Positions 1 to 12,100 of a stretch of DNA of 64,000 bases are shown in pieces (within the stretch, counting starts at the first letter, position 1; each line of letters opens with the position of its first letter). The position numbers were made by a program, and so were the translations under genes. The DNA lies in the NCBI GenBank assembly GCA_964016885.1, contig OZ024743.1, forward strand, positions 337,776,001 to 337,840,000. The letters are read 5' to 3'. The notes below the pieces were generated by a model. It saw only the letters and a program-made list of their open reading frames with translations. It ran no database searches and was not told the DNA's origin. The stretch comes from Eledone cirrhosa (taxonomy: Eukaryota).

Positions 1-3000
1 TAATATACTCTGGCTGGTTATTCTGTCTATTAAGTAGTTGAGGAGGTAGATGAAAGAGTAATATACTCTGGCTGGTTATTCTGTCTATGATCTAGATGAG
101 GAGGTAGATGAAACAGTAATATACTCTGGCTGGTTATTCTGTCTATTAAGTAGTTGAGGAGGTAGATGAAACAGTAATATACTCTGGCTGGTTATTCTGT
201 CTATGATCTAGATGAGGAGGTAGATGAAACAGTAATATACTCTGGCTGGTTATTCTGTCTATTAAGTAGTTGAGGATGTAGATGTAACAGTAATATACTC
301 TGGCTGGTTATTCTGTCCATGAAGTAGTTTAGGAGGTAGATGAAACAGTAATATACTCTGGCTGGTTATTCTGTCCATGAAGTAGTTGAGGAGGTAGATG
401 TAACAGTAATATACTCTGGCTGGTTATTCTGTCCATGAAGTAGTTGAGGAGGTAGATGTAACAGTAATATACTCTGCCTGGTTATTCTGTCTATTAAGTA
501 GTTGAGGAGGTAGATGAAACAGTAATATACTCTGCCTGGTTATTCTGTCTATTAAGTAGTTGAGGAGGTAGATGTAACAGTAATATACTCTGGCTGGTTA
601 TTCTGTCTATTAAGTAGTTGAGGAGGTAGATGTAACAGTAATATACTCTGGCTGGTTATTCTGTCTATTAAGTAGTTGAGGAGGTAGATGTAACAGTAAT
701 ATACTCTGGCTGGTTATTCTGTCTATTAAGTAGTTGAGGAGGTAGATGAAACAGTAATATACTCTGGCTGGTTATTCTGTCTATGATCTAGATGAGGAGG
801 TAGATGAAACAGCAATATACTCTGGCTGGTTATTCTGTCTATGATCTAGATGAGGAGGTAGATGAAACAGTAATATACTCTGGCTGGTTATTCTGTCCAT
901 GAAGTAGTTTAGGAGGTAGATGAAACAGTAATATACTCTGGCTGTTTATTCTGTCCATGAAGTAGTTGAGGAGGTAGATGTAACAGTAATATACTCTGGC
1001 TGGTTATTCTGTCCATGAAGTAGTTGAGGAGGTAGATGTAACAGTAATATACTCTGGCTGGTTGTTCTGTCCATGAAGTAGTTGAGGAGGTAGATGAAAC
1101 AGTAATATACTCTGGCTGGTTATCCTGTCCATGAAGTAGTTGAGGATGTAGATGAAACAGTAATATACTCTGGCTGGTTATTCTGTCTATTAAGTAGTTG
1201 AGGAGGTAGATGAAACAGTAATATACTCTGGCTGGTTATTCTGTCTATTAAGTAGTTGAGGAGGTAGATGAAACAGTAATATACTCTGGCTGGTTATTCT
1301 GTCTATGATCTAGATGAGGAGGTAGATGAAACAGTAATATACTCTGGCTGGTTATTCTGTCTATTAAGTAGTTGAGGAGGTAGATGAAACAGTAATATAC
1401 TCTGGCTGGTTATTCTGTCTATGATCTAGATGAGGAGGTAGATGAAACAGTAATATACTCTGGCTGGTTATTCTGTCTATTAAATAGTTGAGGAGGTAGA
1501 TGAAACAGTAATATACTCTGGCTGGTTATTCTGTCTATTAAGTAGTTGAGGATGTAGATGTAACAGTAATATACTCTGGCTGGTTATTCTGTCCATGAAG
1601 TAGTTGAGGAGGTAGATGAAACAGTAATATACTCTGGCTGGTTATTCTGTCTATTAAGTAGTTGGGGAGGTAGATGTAACAGTAATATACTCTGGCTGGT
1701 TATTCTGTCTATTAAGTAGTTGAGGAGGTAGATGTAACAGTAATATACTCTGGCTGGTTATTCTGTCTATTAAGTAGTTGAGGAGGTAGATGAAACAGTA
1801 ATATACTCTGGCTGGTTATTATGTCCATGAAGTAGTTGAGGAGGTAGATGAAACAGTAATATACTCTGGCTGGTTATTCTGTCTATTAACTATTTGAGGA
1901 TGTAGATGTAACAGTAATATACTCTGGCTGGTTATTCTGTCCATGAAGTAGTTGAGGAGGTAGATGAAACAGTAATATACTCTGGCTGGTTATTCTGTCT
2001 ATTAAGTAGTTGGGGAGGTAGATGTAACAGTAATATACTCTGGCTGGTTATCCTGTCTATTAAGTAGTTGAGGAGGTAGATGTAACAGTAATATAATCTG
2101 GCTGGTTATTCTGTCTATTAAGTAGTTGAGGAGGTAGATGAAACAGTAATATACTCTGCCTGGTTATTCTGTCTATTAAGTAGTTGAGGAGGTAGATGTA
2201 ACAGTAATATACTCTGACTGGTTATTCTGTCTATTAAGTAGTTGAGGAGGTAGATGTAACAGTAATATACTCTGGCTGGTTATTCTGTCTATTAAGTAGT
2301 TGAGGAGGTAGATGTAACAGTAATATACTCTGGCTGGTTATTCTGTCTATTAAGTAGTTGAGGAGGTAGATGAAAGAGTAATATACTCTGGCTGGTTATT
2401 CTGTCTATGATCTAGATGAGGAGGTAGATGAAACAGTAATATACTCTGGCTGGTTATTCTGTCTATTAAGTAGTTGAGGAGGTAGATGAAACAGTAATAT
2501 ACTCTGGCTGGTTATTCTGTCTATGATCTAGATGAGGAGGTAGATGAAACAGTAATATACTCTGGCTGGTTATTCTGTCTATTAAGTAGTTGAGGATGTA
2601 GATGTAACAGTAATATACTCTGGCTGGTTATTCTGTCCATGAAGTAGTTTAGGAGGTAGATGAAACAGTAATATACTCTGGCTGGTTATTCTGTCCATGA
2701 AGTAGTTGAGGAGGTAGATGTAACAGTAATATACTCTGGCTGGTTATTCTGTCCATGAAGTAGTTGAGGAGGTAGATGTAACAGTAATATACTCTGCCTG
2801 GTTATTCTGTCTATTAAGTAGTTGAGGAGGTAGATGAAACAGTAATATACTCTGCCTGGTTATTCTGTCTATTAAGTAGTTGAGGAGGTAGATGTAACAG
2901 TAATATACTCTGGCTGGTTATTCTGTCTATTAAGTAGTTGAGGAGGTAGATGTAACAGTAATATACTCTGGCTGGTTATTCTGTCTATTAAGTAGTTGAG

Positions 3001-5950
3001 GAGGTAGATGTAACAGTAATATACTCTGGCTGGTTATTCTGTCTATTAAGTAGTTGAGGAGGTAGATGAAACAGTAATATACTCTGGCTGGTTATTCTGT
3101 CTATGATCTAGATGAGGAGGTAGATGAAACAGCAATATACTCTGGCTGGTTATTCTGTCTATGATCTAGATGAGGAGGTAGATGAAACAGTAATATACTC
3201 TGGCTGGTTATTCTGTCCATGAAGTAGTTTAGGAGGTAGATGAAACAGTAATATACTCTGGCTGTTTATTCTGTCCATGAAGTAGTTGAGGAGGTAGATG
3301 TAACAGTAATATACTCTGGCTGGTTATTCTGTCCATGAAGTAGTTGAGGAGGTAGATGTAACAGTAATATACTCTGGCTGGTTGTTCTGTCCATGAAGTA
3401 GTTGAGGAGGTAGATGAAACAGTAATATACTCTGGCTGGTTATCCTGTCCATGAAGTAGTTGAGGATGTAGATGAAACAGTAATATACTCTGGCTGGTTA
3501 TTCTGTCTATTAAGTAGTTGAGGAGGTAGATGAAACAGTAATATACTCTGGCTGGTTATTCTGTCTATTAAGTAGTTGAGGAGGTAGATGAAACAGTAAT
3601 ATACTCTGGCTGGTTATTCTGTCTATGATCTAGATGAGGAGGTAGATGAAACAGTAATATACTCTGGCTGGTTATTCTGTCTATTAAGTAGTTGAGGAGG
3701 TAGATGAAACAGTAATATACTCTGGCTGGTTATTCTGTCTATGATCTAGATGAGGAGGTAGATGAAACAGTAATATACTCTGGCTGGTTATTCTGTCTAT
3801 TAAATAGTTGAGGAGGTAGATGAAACAGTAATATACTCTGGCTGGTTATTCTGTCTATTAAGTAGTTGAGGATGTAGATGTAACAGTAATATACTCTGGC
3901 TGGTTATTCTGTCTATTAAGTAGTTGAGGAGGTAGATGTAACAGTAATATACTCTGGCTGGTTATTCTGTCTATTAAGTAGTTGAGGAGGTAGATGAAAC
4001 AGTAATATACTCTGGCTGGTTATTATGTCCATGAAGTAGTTGAGGAGGTAGATGAAACAGTAATATACTCTGGCTGGTTATTCTGTCTATTAACTAGTTG
4101 AGGATGTAGATGTAACAGTAATATACTCTGGCTGGTTATTCTGTCCATGAAGTAGTTGAGGAGGTAGATGAAACAGTAATATACTCTGGCTGGTTATTCT
4201 GTCTATTAAGTAGTTGGGGAGGTAGATGTAACAGTAATATACTCTGGCTGGTTATTCTGTCTATTAAGTAGTTGAGGAGGTAGATGTAACAGTAATATAC
4301 TCTGGCTGGTTATTCTGTCTATTAAGTAGTTGAGGAGGTAGATGAAACAGTAATATACTCTGCCTGGTTATTCTGTCTATTAAGTAGTTGAGGAGGTAGA
4401 TGTAACAGTAATATACTCTGGCTGGTTATTCTGTCTATTAAGTAGTTGAGGAGGTAGATGAAAGAGTAATATACTCTGGCTGGTTATTCTGTCTATGATC
4501 TAGATGAGGAGGTAGATGAAACAGTAATATACTCTGGCTGGTTATTCTGTCTATTAAGTAGTTGAGGAGGTAGATGAAACAGTAATATACTCTGGCTGGT
4601 TATTCTGTCTATGATCTAGATGAGGAGGTAGATGAAACAGTAATATACTCTGGCTGGTTATTCTGTCTATTAAGTAGTTGAGGATGTAGATGTAACAGTA
4701 ATATACTCTGGCTGGTTATTCTGTCCATGAAGTAGTTTAGGAGGTAGATGAAACAGTAATATACTCTGGCTGGTTATTCTGTCCATGAAGTAGTTGAGGA
4801 GGTAGATGTAACAGTAATATACTCTGGCTGGTTATTCTGTCCATGAAGTAGTTGAGGAGGTAGATGTAACAGTAATATACTCTGCCTGGTTATTCTGTCT
4901 ATTAAGTAGTTGAGGAGGTAGATGAAACAGTAATATTCTCTGCCTGGTTATTCTGTCTATTAAGTAGTTGAGGAGGTAGATGTAACAGTAATATACTCTG
5001 GCTGGTTATTCTGTCTATTAAGTAGTTGAGGAGGTAGATGTAACAGTAATATACTCTGGCTGGTTATTCTGTCTATTAAGTAGTTGAGGAGGTAGATGTA
5101 ACAGTAATATACTCTGGCTGGTTATTCTGTCTATTAAGTAGTTGAGGAGGTAGATGAAACAGTAATATACTCTGGCTGGTTATTCTGTCTATGATCTAGA
5201 TGAGGAGGTAGATGAAACAGCAATATACTCTGGCTGGTTATTCTGTCTATGATCTAGATGAGGAGGTAGATGAAACAGTAATATACTCTGGCTGGTTATT
5301 CTGTCCATGAAGTAGTTTAGGAGGTAGATGAAACAGTAATATACTCTGGCTGTTTATTCTGTCCATGAAGTAGTTGAGGATGTAGATGTAACAGTAATAT
5401 ACTCTGGCTGGTTATTCTGTCCATGAAGTAGTTGAGGAGGTAGATGTAACAGTAATATACTCTGGCTGGTTGTTCTGTCCATGAAGTAGTTGAGGAGGTA
5501 GATGAAACAGTAATATACTCTGGCTGGTTATCCTGTCCATGAAGTAGTTGAGGATGTAGATGAAACAGTAATATACTCTGGCTGGTTATTCTGTCTATTA
5601 AGTAGTTGAGGAGGTAGATGAAACAGTAATATACTCTGGCTGGTTATTCTGTCTATTAAGTAGTTGAGGAGGTAGATGAAACAGTAATATACTCTGGCTG
5701 GTTATTCTGTCTATGATCTAGATGAGGAGGTAGATGAAACAGTAATATACTCTGGCTGGTTATTCTGTCTATTAAGTAGTTGAGGAGGTAGATGAAACAG
5801 TAATATACTCTGGCTGGTTATTCTGTCTATGATCTAGATGAGGAGGTAGATGAAACAGTAATATACTCTGGCTGGTTATTCTGTCTATTAAATAGTTGAG
5901 GAGGTAGATGAAACAGTAATATACTCTGGCTGGTTATTCTGTCTATTATG
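1..5950. repeat. Higher-order block present three times (offsets 40 and 36 monomers)
   Basis: Rare markers recur at identical offsets. GAAAGAG variant base: 56/2376/4464. CAATATAC: 813/3133/5221. GCTGTTTATT: 941/3261/5349. Offsets are 2320=40x58 and 2088=36x58. Confidence 0.9.
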
Positions 5951-7159
5951 TAGTTGAGGAGGTAGATGAAACAGTAATATACTCTGGCTGGTTATTCTGT
6001 CTATTAAGTAGTTGAGGAGGTAGATGTAACAGTAATATACTTTGGCTGGTTATTCTGTCTATTAAGTAGTTGAGGAGGTAGATGTAACAGTAATATACTC
6101 TGGCTGGTTATTCAGTCTATTAAGTAGTTGAGGAGGTAGATGAAACAGTAATATACTCTGGCTGGTTATTATGTCTATTAAGAAGTTGAGGAGGTAGATG
6201 AAGCAGTAATATACTCTGGCTGGTTATTCTGTCTATTAAGTAGTTGAGGAGGTAGATGAAACAGTAATATACTCTGGCTGGTTATTATGTCCATGAAGTA
6301 GTTGAGGAGCTAGATGTAACAGTAATATACTCTGGCTGGTTATTCTGTCTATTAAGTAGTTGAGGAGGTAGATGTAACAGTAATATACTCTGTCTGGTTA
6401 TTCTGTCTATTAAGTAGTTGAGGAGGTAGATGAAACAGTAATATACTCTGGCTGGTTATTATGTCCATGAAGTAGTTGAGGAGGTAGATGAAACAGTAAT
6501 ATACTCTGGCTGGTTATTCTGTCTATTAAGTAGTTGAGGAGGTAGATGTAACAGTAATATACTCTGGCGGGTTATTCTGTCTATTAAGTAGTTGAGTTGG
6601 TAGATGTAACAGTAATATACTCTGGCTGGTTATTCTGTCTATTAAGTAGTTGAGGAGGTAGATGAAACAGTAATATACTCTGCCTGGTTATTCTGTCTAT
6701 TAAGTAGTTGAGGAGGTAGATGTAACAGTAATATACTCTGGCTGGTTATTCTGTCTATTAAGTAGTTGAGGAGGTAGATGTAACAGTAATATACTCTGGC
6801 TGGTTATTCTGTCTATTAAGTAGTTGAGGAGGTAGATGTAACAGTAATATACTCTGGCTGGTTATTCTGTCTATTAAGTAGTTGAGGAGGTAGATGAAAC
6901 AGTAATATACTCTGGCTGGTTATTATGTCTATGATCTAGATGAGGAGGTAGATGAAACAGCAATATACTCTGGCTGGTTATTCTGTCTATGATCTAGATG
7001 AGGAGGTAGATGAAACAGTAATATACTCTGGCTGGTGATTCTGTCTATTAAATAGTTGAGGATGTAGATGTAACAGTAATATACTCTGGCTGGTTATTCT
7101 GTCCATGAAGTAGTTTAGGAGGTAGATGAAACAGTAATATACTCTGGCTGGATATTCTG

Positions 7160-9130
7160 TCCATGAAGTAGTTGAGGAGGTAGATGTAACAGTAATATAC
7201 TCTGGCTGGTTATTCTGTCCATGAAGTAGTTGAGGAGGTAGATGTAACAGTAATATACTCTGGCTGGTTATTCTGTCCATGAAGTAGTTGAGGAGGTAGA
7301 TGAAACAGTAATATACTCTGGCTGGTTATTCTGTCCATGAAGTAGTTGAGGATGTAGATGAAACAGTAATATACTCTGGCTGGTTATTCTGTCTATTAAG
7401 TAGTTGAGGAGGTAGATGAAACAGTAATATACTCTGGCTGGTTGTTCTGTCTATTAAGTAGTTGAGGAGGTAGATGAAACAGTAATATACTCTGGCTGGT
7501 TATTCTGTCTATGATCTAGATGAGGAGGTAGATGAAACAGTAATATACTCTGGCTGGTTATTCTGTCTATTAAGTAGTTGAGGAGGTAGATGAAATAGTA
7601 ATATACTCTGGCTGGTTATTCTGTCTATGATCTAGATGAGGAGGTAGATGAAACAGTAATATACTCTGGCTGGTTATTCTGTCTATTAAGTAGTTGAGGA
7701 GGTAGATGAAACAGTAATATACTCTGGCTGGTTATTCTGTCTATTAAGTAGTTGAGGAGGTAGATGAAACAGTAATATACTCTGGCTGGTTATTCTGTCT
7801 ATGATCTAGATGAGGATGTAGATGAAATAGTAATATACTCTGGCTGGTTATTCTGTCTATTAAGTAGTTGAGGAGGTAGATGAAACAGTAATATACTCTG
7901 GCTGGTTATTCTGTCTATTAAGTAGTTGAGGAGGTAGATGAAACAGTAATATACTCTGGCTGGTTATTCTGTCTATGATCTAGATGAGGATGTAGATGAA
8001 ACAGTAATATACTCTGGCTGGTTATTCTGTCTATTAAGTAGTTGAGGAGGTAGATGAAACAGTAATATACTCTGGCTGGTTATTCTGTCTATTATGTAGT
8101 TGAGGAGGTAGATGAAACAGTAATATACTCTGGCTGGTTATTCTGTCCATGAAGTAGTTGAGGAGGTAGATGTAACAGTAATATACTCTGGCTGGTTATT
8201 CTGTCCATGAAGTAGTTGAGGAGGTAGATGTAACAGTAATATACTCTGGCTGGTTATTCTGTCCATGAAGTAGTTGAGGAGGTAGATGAAACAGTAATAT
8301 ACTCTGGCTGGTTATTCTGTCCATGAAGTAGTTGAGGATGTAGATGAAACAGTAATATACTCTGGCTGGTTATTCTGTCTATTAAGTAGTTGAGGAGGTA
8401 GATGAAACAGTAATATACTCTGGCTGGTTGTTCTGTCTATTAAGTAGTTGAGGAGGTAGATGAAACAGTAATATACTCTGGCTGGTTATTCTGTCTATGA
8501 TCTAGATGAGGAGGTAGATGAAACAGTAATATACTCTGGCTGGTTATTCTGTCTATTAAGTAGTTGAGGAGGTAGATGAAACAGTAATATACTCTGGCTG
8601 GTTATTCTGTCTATGATCTAGATGAGGAGGTAGATGAAACAGTAATATACTCTGGCTGGTTATTCTGTCTATTAAGTAGTTGAGGAGGTAGATGAAACAG
8701 TAATATACTCTGGCTGGTTATTCTGTCTATTAAGTAGTTGAGGAGGTAGATGAAACAGTAATATACTCTGGCTGGTTATTCTGTCTATGATCTAGATGAG
8801 GATGTAGATGAAATAGTAATATACTCTGGCTGGTTATTCTGTCTATTAAGTAGTTGAGGAGGTAGATGAAACAGTAATATACTCTGGCTGGTTATTCTGT
8901 CTATTAAGTAGTTGAGGAGGTAGATGAAACAGTAATATACTCTGGCTGGTTATTCTGTCTATGATCTAGATGAGGATGTAGATGAAACAGTAATATACTC
9001 TGGCTGGTTATTCTGTCTATTAAGTAGTTGAGGAGGTAGATGAAACAGTAATATACTCTGGCTGGTTATTCTGTCTATTATGTAGTTGAGGAGGTAGATG
9101 AAACAGTAATATACTCTGGCTGGTTATTCT
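7160..9130. repeat. Tandem duplication of a 17-monomer (986-bp) block
   Basis: GTTGTTCTGT at 7441/8427 and GATGAAATAG at 7821/8807; offset 986=17x58. Boundaries approximate. Confidence 0.8.
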
Positions 9131-12100
9131 GTCTATTAAGTAGTTGAGGAGGTAGATGTAACAGTAATATACTCTGGCTGGTTATTCTGTCTATTAAGTA
9201 GTTGAGGATGTAGATGTAACAGTAATATACTCTGGCTGGTTATTCTGTCTATTAAGTAGTTGAGGAGGTAGATGTAACAGTAATATACTCTGGCTGGTTA
9301 TTCTGTCTATTAAGTAGTTGAGGAGGTAGATGAAACAGTAATATACTCTGGCTGGTTATTATGTCCATGAAGTAGTTGAGGAGGTAGATGAAACAGTAAT
9401 ATACTCTGGCTGGTTATTCTGTCTATTAACTAGTTGAGGATGTAGATGTAACAGTAATATACTCTGGCTGGTTATTCTGTCCATGAAGTAGTTGAGGAGG
9501 TAGATGAAACAGTAATATACTCTGGCTGGTTATTCTGTCTATTAAGTAGTTGGGGAGGTAGATGTAACAGTAATATACTCTGGCTGGTTATTATGTCTAT
9601 TAAGTAGTTGAGGAGGTAGATGTAACAGTAATATACTCTGGCTGGTTATTCTGTCTATTAAGTGGTTGAGGAGGTAGATGAAACAGTAATATACTCTGCC
9701 TGGTTATTCTGTCTATTAAGTAGTTGAGGAGGTAGATGTAACAGTAATATACTCTGACTGGTTATTTTGTCTATTAAGTAGTTGAGGAGGTAGATGTAAC
9801 AGTAATATACTCTGGCTGGTTATTCTGTCTATTAAGTAGTTGAGGAGGTAGATGTAACAGTAATATACTCTGGCTGGTTATTCTGTCTATTAAGTAGTTG
9901 AGGAGGTAGATGAAAGAGTAATATACTCTGGCTGGTTATTCTGTCTATGATCTAGATGAGGAGGTAGATGAAACAGTAATATACTCTGGCTGGTTATTCT
10001 GTCTATGATCTAGATGAGGAGGTAGATGAAACAGCAATATACTCTGGCTGGTTATTCTGTCTATGATCTAGATGAGGAGGTAGATGAAACAGTAATATAC
10101 TCTGGCTGGTTATTCTGTCCATGAAGTAGTTTAGGAGGTAGATGAAACAGTAATATACACTGGCTGTTTATTCTGTCCATGAAGTAGTTGAGGAGGTAGA
10201 TGTAACAGTAATATACTCTGGCTGGTTATTCTGTCCATGAAGTAGTTGAGGAGGTAGATGTAACAGTAATATACTCTGGCTGGTTGTTCTGTCCATGAAG
10301 TAGTTGAGGAGGTAGATGAAACAGTAATATACTCTGGCTGGTTATCCTGTCCATGAAGTAGTTGAGGATGTAGATGAAACAGTAATATACTCTGGCTGGT
10401 TATTCTGTCTATTAAGTAGTTGAGGAGGTAGATGAAACAGTAATATACTCTGGCTGGTTATTCTGTCTATTAAGTAGTTGAGGAGGTAGATGAAACAGTA
10501 ATATACTCTGGCTGGTTATTCTGTCTATGATCTAGATGAGGAGGTAGATGAAACAGTAATATACTCTGGCTGGTTATTCTGTCTATTATGTAGTTGAGGA
10601 GGTAGATGAAACAGTAATATACTCTGGCTGGTTATTCTGTCTATGATCTAGATGAGGAGGTAGATGAAACAGTAATATACTCTGGCTGGTTATTCTGTCT
10701 ATTAAGTAGTTGAGGAGGTAGATGAAACAGTAATATACTCTGGCTGGTTATTCTGTCTATGATCTAGATGAGGAGGTAGATGAAACAGTAATATACTCTG
10801 GCTGGTTATTCTGTCTATTAAATAGTTGAGGAGGTAGATGAAACAGTAATATACTCTGGCTGGTTATTCTGTCTATTATGTAGTTGAGGAGGTAGATGAA
10901 ACAGTAATATACTCTGGCTGGTTATTCTGTCTATTAAGTAGTTGAGGAGGTAGATGTAACAGTAATATACTCTGGCTGGTTATTCTGTCTATTAAGTAGT
11001 TGAGGAGGTAGATGTAACAGTAATATACTCTGGCTGGTTATTCAGTCTATTAAGTAGTTGAGGAGGTAGATGAAACAGTAATATACTCTGGCTGGTTATT
11101 ATGTCTATTAAGTAGTTGAGGAGGTAGATGAAGCAGTAATATACTCTGGCTGGTTATTCTGTCTATTAAGTAGTTGAGGAGGTAGATGAAACAGTAATAT
11201 ACTCTGGCTGGTTATTCTGTCTATTAAGTAGTTGAGGAGGTAGATGTAACAGTAATATACTCTGGCGGGTTATTCTGTCTATTAAGTAGTTGAGGAGGTA
11301 GATGTAACAGTAATATACTCTGGCTGGTTATTCTGTCTATTAAGTAGTTGAGGAGGTAGATGAAACAGTAATATACTCTGCCTGGTTATTCTGTCTATTA
11401 AGTAGTTGAGGAGGTAGATGTAACAGTAATATACTCTGGCTGGTTATTCTGTCTATTAAGTAGTTGAGGAGGTAGATGTAACAGTAATATACTCTGGCTG
11501 GTTATTCTGTCTATTAAGTAGTTGAGGAGGTAGATGTAACAGTAATATACTCTGGCTGGTTATTCTGTCTATTAAGTAGTTGAGGAGGTAGATGAAACAG
11601 TAATATACTCTGGCTGGTTATTATGTCTATGATCTAGATGAGGAGGTAGATGAAACAGCAATATACTCTGGCTGGTTATTCTGTCTATGATCTAGATGAG
11701 GAGGTAGATGAAACAGTAATATACTCTGGCTGGTTATTCTGTCTATTAAATAGTTGAGGATGTAGATGTAACAGTAATATACTCTGGCTGGTTATTCTGT
11801 CCATGAAGTAGTTGAGGAGGTAGATGTAACAGTAATATACTCTGGCTGGTTATTCTGTCCATGAAGTAGTTGAGGAGGTAGATGAAACAGTAATATACTC
11901 TGGCTGGTTATTCTGTCCATGAAGTAGTTGAGGATGTAGATGAAACAGTAATATACTCTGGCTGGTTATTCTGTCTATTAAGTAGTTGAGGAGGTAGATG
12001 AATCTGTAATATACTCTGGCTGGTTGTTCTGTCTATTAAGTAGTTGAGGAGGTAGATGAAACAGTAATATACTCTGGCTGGTTATTCTGTCTATGATCTA

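Noticed and set aside
99-119. Shine-Dalgarno-like AGGAGGT followed by ATG AAA CAG TAA (or ATG TAA in T53 monomers)
   Set aside because: The spacing to ATG is only 2 nt, too short for a canonical ribosome-binding site, and the product would be 1-3 aa. A 64-kb gene-free satellite is not a prokaryote-like context, so this is treated as coincidence.
6987-7280. 97-aa minus-strand ORF (MDRITSQSILL...)
   Set aside because: It is the satellite read through all three frames: 3x58 bp gives a 58-aa period, and MDRITSQ restarts at residue 59. It is open only because a run of CCATG-type monomers supplies ATG and removes stops. There is no domain-like content or gene context.
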